In this document: positions 59,322 through 64,000 of the stretch, piece by piece | Numbering within the stretch: position 1 is the stretch's first letter | Layout: each line of letters starts with the position of its first letter | NCBI GenBank assembly: GCA_044376115.1 | Contig: JBILLK010000004.1 | Location: 32,001 to 96,000 of the forward strand | Reading direction: 5' to 3' | DNA length: 64,000 bases | From: Polyangiaceae bacterium | Lineage (GTDB): Bacteria; Myxococcota_A; Polyangia; Polyangiales; Polyangiaceae | The notes under the pieces: generated by a model | What the model was told of the DNA's origin: nothing | Seen by the model: only the letters and a program-made list of their open reading frames with translations | Databases searched by the model: none | Position numbers and translations under genes: made by a program

Positions 59322-61010
59322 TTACTGCTCCTCACGCGGAGGAACCGGTGGTCCGATGTTGAGGAGCGCGGTGCCGTAGGTCAGTCGGCGCGAATCGAGA
59401 TCGATCACGCTGAGGTACGAGTCGGTGAAGTCGGCCACGTAGAGATGGCTGGTTTTTGAGACGGGATCGGTGTCGAACACGAGGCCGGTGGGCCCGCGGC
59501 CGGTGCGAAAGCTCGACTCGATTCGGCGCAGCAGCGGGTCGTAAACCGAGACGAAGCGAGAGTCGAAGCTGGCGACGAACACGCGCGTCTCGAGCTCCCC
59601 ATCCAAGCCGATGATCGAGCCGACCCCGATGGTCGCGGCTCCGAGCGGAAGCGGGATCGACTCGGCCAGAATGAAGTTTTCACTGATACCAACCACACGC
59701 TCGTCCTCGAGCACCGGCTTGCTCTCCATCCGGCCCACCAGGAGGCTCGCCGGGGTGCGATTGACGACGTAGAAGCCGACCGGCTCCTCCAAACAATCGA
59801 GCAAGCAGTTGGTGAACAGCTGGTTGGCCTCACACGAGCCGTGGGGGCAAAGCGACGCTTCACATTCGCTTTCACAAGCGTCCCGCGCCGTCGAATCGAA
59901 GGCGAGCCCGCGCGAATCGGAGCCGTTGTTGGAGAGGGTGATCGAGATCGAGTCCGACTGCACGATGAACGGGCGCGGCGGGGTTGAGTTTTGGTCCGGC
60001 TCGAAGCGCACCACGCTCAAGGTGGGGGCGGCGCGGTGACTGACCACGAAGCCCGGCGAGTAATCGAGCTTTTGGCTCGCCACGATGCGCGGCGGCGGGA
60101 TTGAAAGCACGTTGGTCGGCGCCTCGGGTAGCTCGGTGAGGATGAACTCGAGCGAGGGCGTGTCCTCGAACGGCACGTCGGCCTCGCCCTCGGAGCCCCA
60201 GTGATTGACCACCAGACTCGCGCTGGCCGAGGTTTGATGGGCAACCACGACGGCATCCCCCAACACGCTGGGCGCCACCGCGATCCCCACCGGCTCAGTA
60301 GGTAGGAGCAGCCCGCGTTGGCTGGTGAACACGTTTTCCCCGACCTTGTGGCTCGCGGAACAACGCCGCTCTTCACCGTCACCACCGCACTCGAGACAGA
60401 AGTTCGACTCACAGGGCGAAACGATGTTGGCCGGATCGCGATCGTCGGCCACGTCAAAGTACGTGACCGAAGGATCTCCGCGCACCGAGGTGAACAAGCG
60501 CAACCCCGGCTCGCCCAGGCGCGGGATCAGGCTCATTCCGCTACCGAAGGCGCCGATGGTCGCGTGGGCTCGCACGAACGGAGCCACCTCGAGGGCCGAA
60601 CAAGGCCCCGGGTAGAGCGTGTCGTTGACGTTGGGAACGAGACCGACCGTCGCGCAGACCTGCGCCGGTGCGTCGCCAGCTGCGATCGCCTTGGCGACCG
60701 TTTCGGCGTACACGCGCAGCCCGGACTCCGGCACCACCGCAGCGGACGCACTGTCGACGCCGCCCAGGTTGAGCACCTGAATGGTCCCGCCGTTGTACTG
60801 CAGATCGAAGTCAGAGTTGACGACGTACAGGCTGGTCCTGCCGGGCGAGATCGCCAAGGCCGTCGGGAAGTACAGCGCGTCGGTCGGGGGCACCAACCCC
60901 TCGCTGCCGGTAAAGCACGACGCTGCAACCAGCGCGGCCCCGGACAAGGCTAGCCCGGCGGCTCCACGTTGGCCCTGCGACTTCGCCTGAACTCTTGATC
61001 GGAGGATCAC
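59322..61010 (-). CDS. YncE-like beta-propeller lipoprotein
   Basis: Signal ending AASC; LYFPTALAISP...LYVVNSDFDLQYNGG, VFVASFDS, GRGPTGL, LYVADFTDSYLSVIDLD. Start uncertain (GTG 61010). Confidence 0.7.
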   Translation of the reverse strand: MILRSRVQAKSQGQRGAAGLALSGAALVAASCFTGSEGLVPPTDALYFPTALAISPGRTSLYVVNSDFDLQYNGGTIQVLNLGGVDSASAAVVPESGLRVYAETVAKAIAAGDAPAQVCATVGLVPNVNDTLYPGPCSALEVAPFVRAHATIGAFGSGMSLIPRLGEPGLRLFTSVRGDPSVTYFDVADDRDPANIVSPCESNFCLECGGDGEERRCSASHKVGENVFTSQRGLLLPTEPVGIAVAPSVLGDAVVVAHQTSASASLVVNHWGSEGEADVPFEDTPSLEFILTELPEAPTNVLSIPPPRIVASQKLDYSPGFVVSHRAAPTLSVVRFEPDQNSTPPRPFIVQSDSISITLSNNGSDSRGLAFDSTARDACESECEASLCPHGSCEANQLFTNCLLDCLEEPVGFYVVNRTPASLLVGRMESKPVLEDERVVGISENFILAESIPLPLGAATIGVGSIIGLDGELETRVFVASFDSRFVSVYDPLLRRIESSFRTGRGPTGLVFDTDPVSKTSHLYVADFTDSYLSVIDLDSRRLTYGTALLNIGPPVPPREEQ

Positions 61011-61177
61011 CTGGACGTGTGTAGTCGGGGCTGGGCGGCCTTGCAATCCAGTGTTCGCATTGAGCCGGCCGGAGATCGGCCGAGTTTGCGGACGACACTG
61101 GGCTAGCGAGGTTTCTACGCCTCGGAGGTTGAGGCCGAGCCTGCGCTGCAGTAGGCCGCAAGCCGAGTCGTGCGCCT

Positions 61178-62386
61178 GTGATTCGAGCCAGATGGAACCA
61201 CTGCGGCGTACTGCTGCTCGCCCACGCTTGTGACGCAGAGCCATCGCCCTCGAATCAGGCTGAAGGCCCTTCGGCGGTGGAGACGACGCGAGCCGCCCCC
61301 AGCTTCGTGCCGCCGCTACCGAGCCAGGTGCGCGTTGCGCCCTCGGCCTCGGCCAAGACGCGCGTGGAGCCTGCGTGTGGCCCCAGCTTGCGCCACGAGG
61401 GCCCGTTGGATCCGCGCCATGAAGCAGCCTTGCAGCACTGTGTGCGGTTACCGCGGATTCGCAAGAACAGCCCGGCCTGCGGCAGCGATGCGGGCAAACG
61501 CTTCAATGCACAACGTTTCATCGACGCGGTGCCCGAGTTCTCAGAAACGACGGTCGCGCTGCTGCGAGAGACCTTCAAACGGGGGCAAAGCAAAGGCAGA
61601 CGGGCGCGCGTGTTCGGCGTCCTCGGCGATAGCATCAGCGTCTCGTTCGACTTTCTGCGTGGCTTCGAGAGCGGCCCGCAGACGACCGAGAACCCACGCG
61701 GTTACCGCCTGGGCGACGAGGTCGCCAAGGAGCTCCGGGTGGGTGACGGCACGGTCATCGACTACTTTGCTGGCGAGGCCGCAGAGCACGAAAATGGCGC
61801 TCGGCGCTCGTCCTTCAGCGCCGTTCGAGCCGCCAAGGTTGGCGCGCGCGCCTCCTACGCGTTCGATGCAGACGAGCAACCACTCGAACGACTACTTTCA
61901 CGCCTCAATCCGGCCTTCGTCTTGGTTACCTTCGGCGCGAACGATGCGGCCTTTCGCAGAGCCCCACCCGAGGCTTTGGCCGACGAGTTCGGCGGCCATC
62001 TCGAGGCGATCATCGATCGGCTGCTCGCCGAGGGCGTGGTGCCGTTGATCTCCAACGAGATGCGGCACGGTGATCAACCCGGGGTCAAAGCCTGCCCCAG
62101 CGACGGCGAGCCCAACGACTGGCGGATCGCCGTCGCCACCAACGCCACTACCGCTCGCGCCGCTGAGATCGCCTGTCGCAGAAACCTGCCCTTCATCGAT
62201 CTTCGCCACGCGCTCGACGGCGCCACCGGCTACGGCCTGGGCCCGGACTCGGTGCACCTTTCGACCTTCAAACAAGGCGCGGACGTGCTCGATGCGAGCG
62301 GGCTCGATTGCGGCAACAACATCCGCAACTACGTGACGCTGCTAGGCCTCGCACGAGTCTTGCGCGCGTTGGAATTGCGACCCTGA
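61178..62386 (+). CDS. SGNH/GDSL hydrolase-like exported protein
   Basis: LGDSIS, FGAND, LPFID, PDSVHL; N-terminal signal/lipobox-like AHAC. Confidence 0.72.
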   Translation: MIRARWNHCGVLLLAHACDAEPSPSNQAEGPSAVETTRAAPSFVPPLPSQVRVAPSASAKTRVEPACGPSLRHEGPLDPRHEAALQHCVRLPRIRKNSPACGSDAGKRFNAQRFIDAVPEFSETTVALLRETFKRGQSKGRRARVFGVLGDSISVSFDFLRGFESGPQTTENPRGYRLGDEVAKELRVGDGTVIDYFAGEAAEHENGARRSSFSAVRAAKVGARASYAFDADEQPLERLLSRLNPAFVLVTFGANDAAFRRAPPEALADEFGGHLEAIIDRLLAEGVVPLISNEMRHGDQPGVKACPSDGEPNDWRIAVATNATTARAAEIACRRNLPFIDLRHALDGATGYGLGPDSVHLSTFKQGADVLDASGLDCGNNIRNYVTLLGLARVLRALELRP

Positions 62387-62387
62387 G

Positions 62388-63113
62388 CTAGGGAGGCATC
62401 AACAAATCGCAGTAGTAGATGACGGCGCCGTCTTCACCCGCATGCGGAAAACAGGCGTAGCCGATCGGACAGCCGTCTTCATCGCTACAAGAAAGGAACC
62501 CGCATCGCTCGCCCGCGACGCACAGGCCCACCGCGTCTGGCGAATTCTCGACCTTGAGGCAGCAGCCTGGGCAGGCGGTGTCGTTGTCGGGGTCACACTC
62601 GTTCGCGCAAAGGCTATCCGCCGGAAACTCAATGCAGAACCCGCAACACGAGCTCGGAAACTCGGCCAGATCGCAATTCTCGCCCGTAGGTACGCAGCTG
62701 TCGTCGCGCGGGACACAGCGATCCTCGATGCCACAGGTGACCTTGCCGATGTCATTGGGATCGTAGCCACAACAAGAAGCATTGAAGCCCGGTGAACAGC
62801 GCTCGCCCAGCTCTCGACATACCGGCGCCGCGGCCGCACAGACGTCGGTGTTTTTGCACTGTTCACAGTGCGCGCTGCTGAACAGGTCCAGCCAGGAGCG
62901 CGTCGTTGCGGCGTCGCTGCCCTCGAGGGCGCCACCTACGTAGTCGGTGCAGTCCAGCGCTTCACCGTCTTCGTTCACGAACAGAGCCGCTTCGCATTTG
63001 CAGAACGCGGCCGCTACGTCTTGCGGCTCTCCTTGCAACGAGAGGATCTCCACGCAGGCGGCAAACAACGTCGTCACTGAAAGGGCCGCCAGCGGGCGGG
63101 CAAGAGCGCGCAT
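62388..63113 (-). CDS. Cysteine-rich lipoprotein
   Basis: Lipobox-like FAAC; 29 Cys in 241 aa. Confidence 0.7.
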   Translation of the reverse strand: MRALARPLAALSVTTLFAACVEILSLQGEPQDVAAAFCKCEAALFVNEDGEALDCTDYVGGALEGSDAATTRSWLDLFSSAHCEQCKNTDVCAAAAPVCRELGERCSPGFNASCCGYDPNDIGKVTCGIEDRCVPRDDSCVPTGENCDLAEFPSSCCGFCIEFPADSLCANECDPDNDTACPGCCLKVENSPDAVGLCVAGERCGFLSCSDEDGCPIGYACFPHAGEDGAVIYYCDLLMPP

Positions 63114-63188
63114 CGAGCGCGCAGTGTAGACCGGACGGCCACTCACTGCGCAGCGATCTTGAATCGAAGCCTGTTTCACGCGTCGTCG

Positions 63189-64000
63189 TTACTTCTTGGG
63201 CTTCGGTGGTTCGACCTCGAGCCCTTGCAGCAGGTCCTCGAGCTCCATCCGTTTGTCGAGCCGCCTGGCTTCGAGTTCCGCGAGCTGGGCCCCGAGCTTG
63301 TTACCCTCGCTGGTGAACTCATCGAGCTGCTTGGTCCACTTTTGCCGTTGGACCGCAGCTTGTTGATTTTTCTCGATCGAACGCAGGTTCTCGCGCAACT
63401 CGTTCGCGCGCTGGTCGAGCTGGTTGCGCTTCTGCGTAAGACCTTCGAGCTGCTCGTCGAGTCGACCAATTTCGCGGCGGCCGTCCACGATCGGCTGCAG
63501 ACGCTTCTTTAGCTCGGGGGTCAATTCGACGTGAAGCATCAGCTTCTCGAGCAGCTCGAGGGCGGGCTTGGACCAGATGCTGAGGGTGGTCCGGCTGGGC
63601 GTCTGCTCGCGGATGGTGAGCGACCCCTCGCGTTGCCCGGGAGCCACCGTCAGCTTGATCAGATAGCCATCAACGAGATCCTCGGTGCCCTCGGGTCGCT
63701 CCGAAAGCTCGTAGTTGAAGCCAGTTTTTGGATGGCGGACCAACAACGTGAAGCCTGTTTCGAGCGTTTGAGCCTTTACGGTGTAGGTGGTCGTGCGGCG
63801 GGCGAACTGCTCGACCTCGAGCACGCCGCGCGAGAGCTTCACCAGCTGCATCGACTCACGGTCGTCCTTGTTGACCGAGCTCACCATCAGCCCCGTCTCG
63901 ACGGCGAATGGCACGGTCGCGCTCGATCCTGCGCCCACCGTTTCAGACAGCCCCTCCCCAACGAAGCTTCCACCAGCGAAGATGCTGATGGGGCCAGGCT
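63189..64000 (-). CDS. DUF4139-like protein, C-terminal part (5' end beyond the window)
   Basis: Frame is open to the window edge (PGPISIFAGGSFVGEG...VPFAVE), then beta strands TTYTV, LLVRH and a C-terminal coiled coil (ELRENLRSI). Confidence 0.68.
   Translation of the reverse strand, partial: PGPISIFAGGSFVGEGLSETVGAGSSATVPFAVETGLMVSSVNKDDRESMQLVKLSRGVLEVEQFARRTTTYTVKAQTLETGFTLLVRHPKTGFNYELSERPEGTEDLVDGYLIKLTVAPGQREGSLTIREQTPSRTTLSIWSKPALELLEKLMLHVELTPELKKRLQPIVDGRREIGRLDEQLEGLTQKRNQLDQRANELRENLRSIEKNQQAAVQRQKWTKQLDEFTSEGNKLGAQLAELEARRLDKRMELEDLLQGLEVEPPKPKK

Overview
A GC-rich, densely coded 64-kb chromosomal segment. The gene content (Hanks kinases, an FHA-GAF-PP2C phosphatase, a giant TPR protein, many Cys-rich lipoproteins, AgmX-like and IgGFc-like proteins) points to a myxobacterium, probably Polyangiales/Sorangiineae; this is an inference from gene families only. 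Housekeeping genes include smc, speA, udk, rel, hemW, hutI, truD, purF, an HMG-CoA lyase, a PhoB/PhoR-like pair with an upstream Pho-box-like repeat, an LD-carboxypeptidase, mutS and tRNA-Lys(TTT). I saw no integrase, transposase, prophage, CRISPR array or recognisable defence system. Five things stand out. (1) A structured repeat array just after the tRNA: two 70-bp elements with 13-bp terminal inverted repeats plus seven C-TTC-G/C-GAA-G triloop hairpins with differing stems; the core motif recurs upstream of the exbB/tolQ-like gene and purF. (2) A Dictyostelium PdeD/PdeE-like metallo-beta-lactamase plus 2x cNMP-binding protein, divergent from an MJ1316(DUF504)-CPXCG zinc-finger fusion and flanked by udk and rel. 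(3) A translationally coupled DUF455 diiron protein and ATP-grasp-like pair. (4) A kinase / FHA-GAF-PP2C / MscS operon. (5) A 2014-aa TPR protein with a Q/G/Y/P prion-like tail. All domain calls come from motif recognition by eye, not database searches, and several start codons were re-chosen from RBS or overlap evidence.
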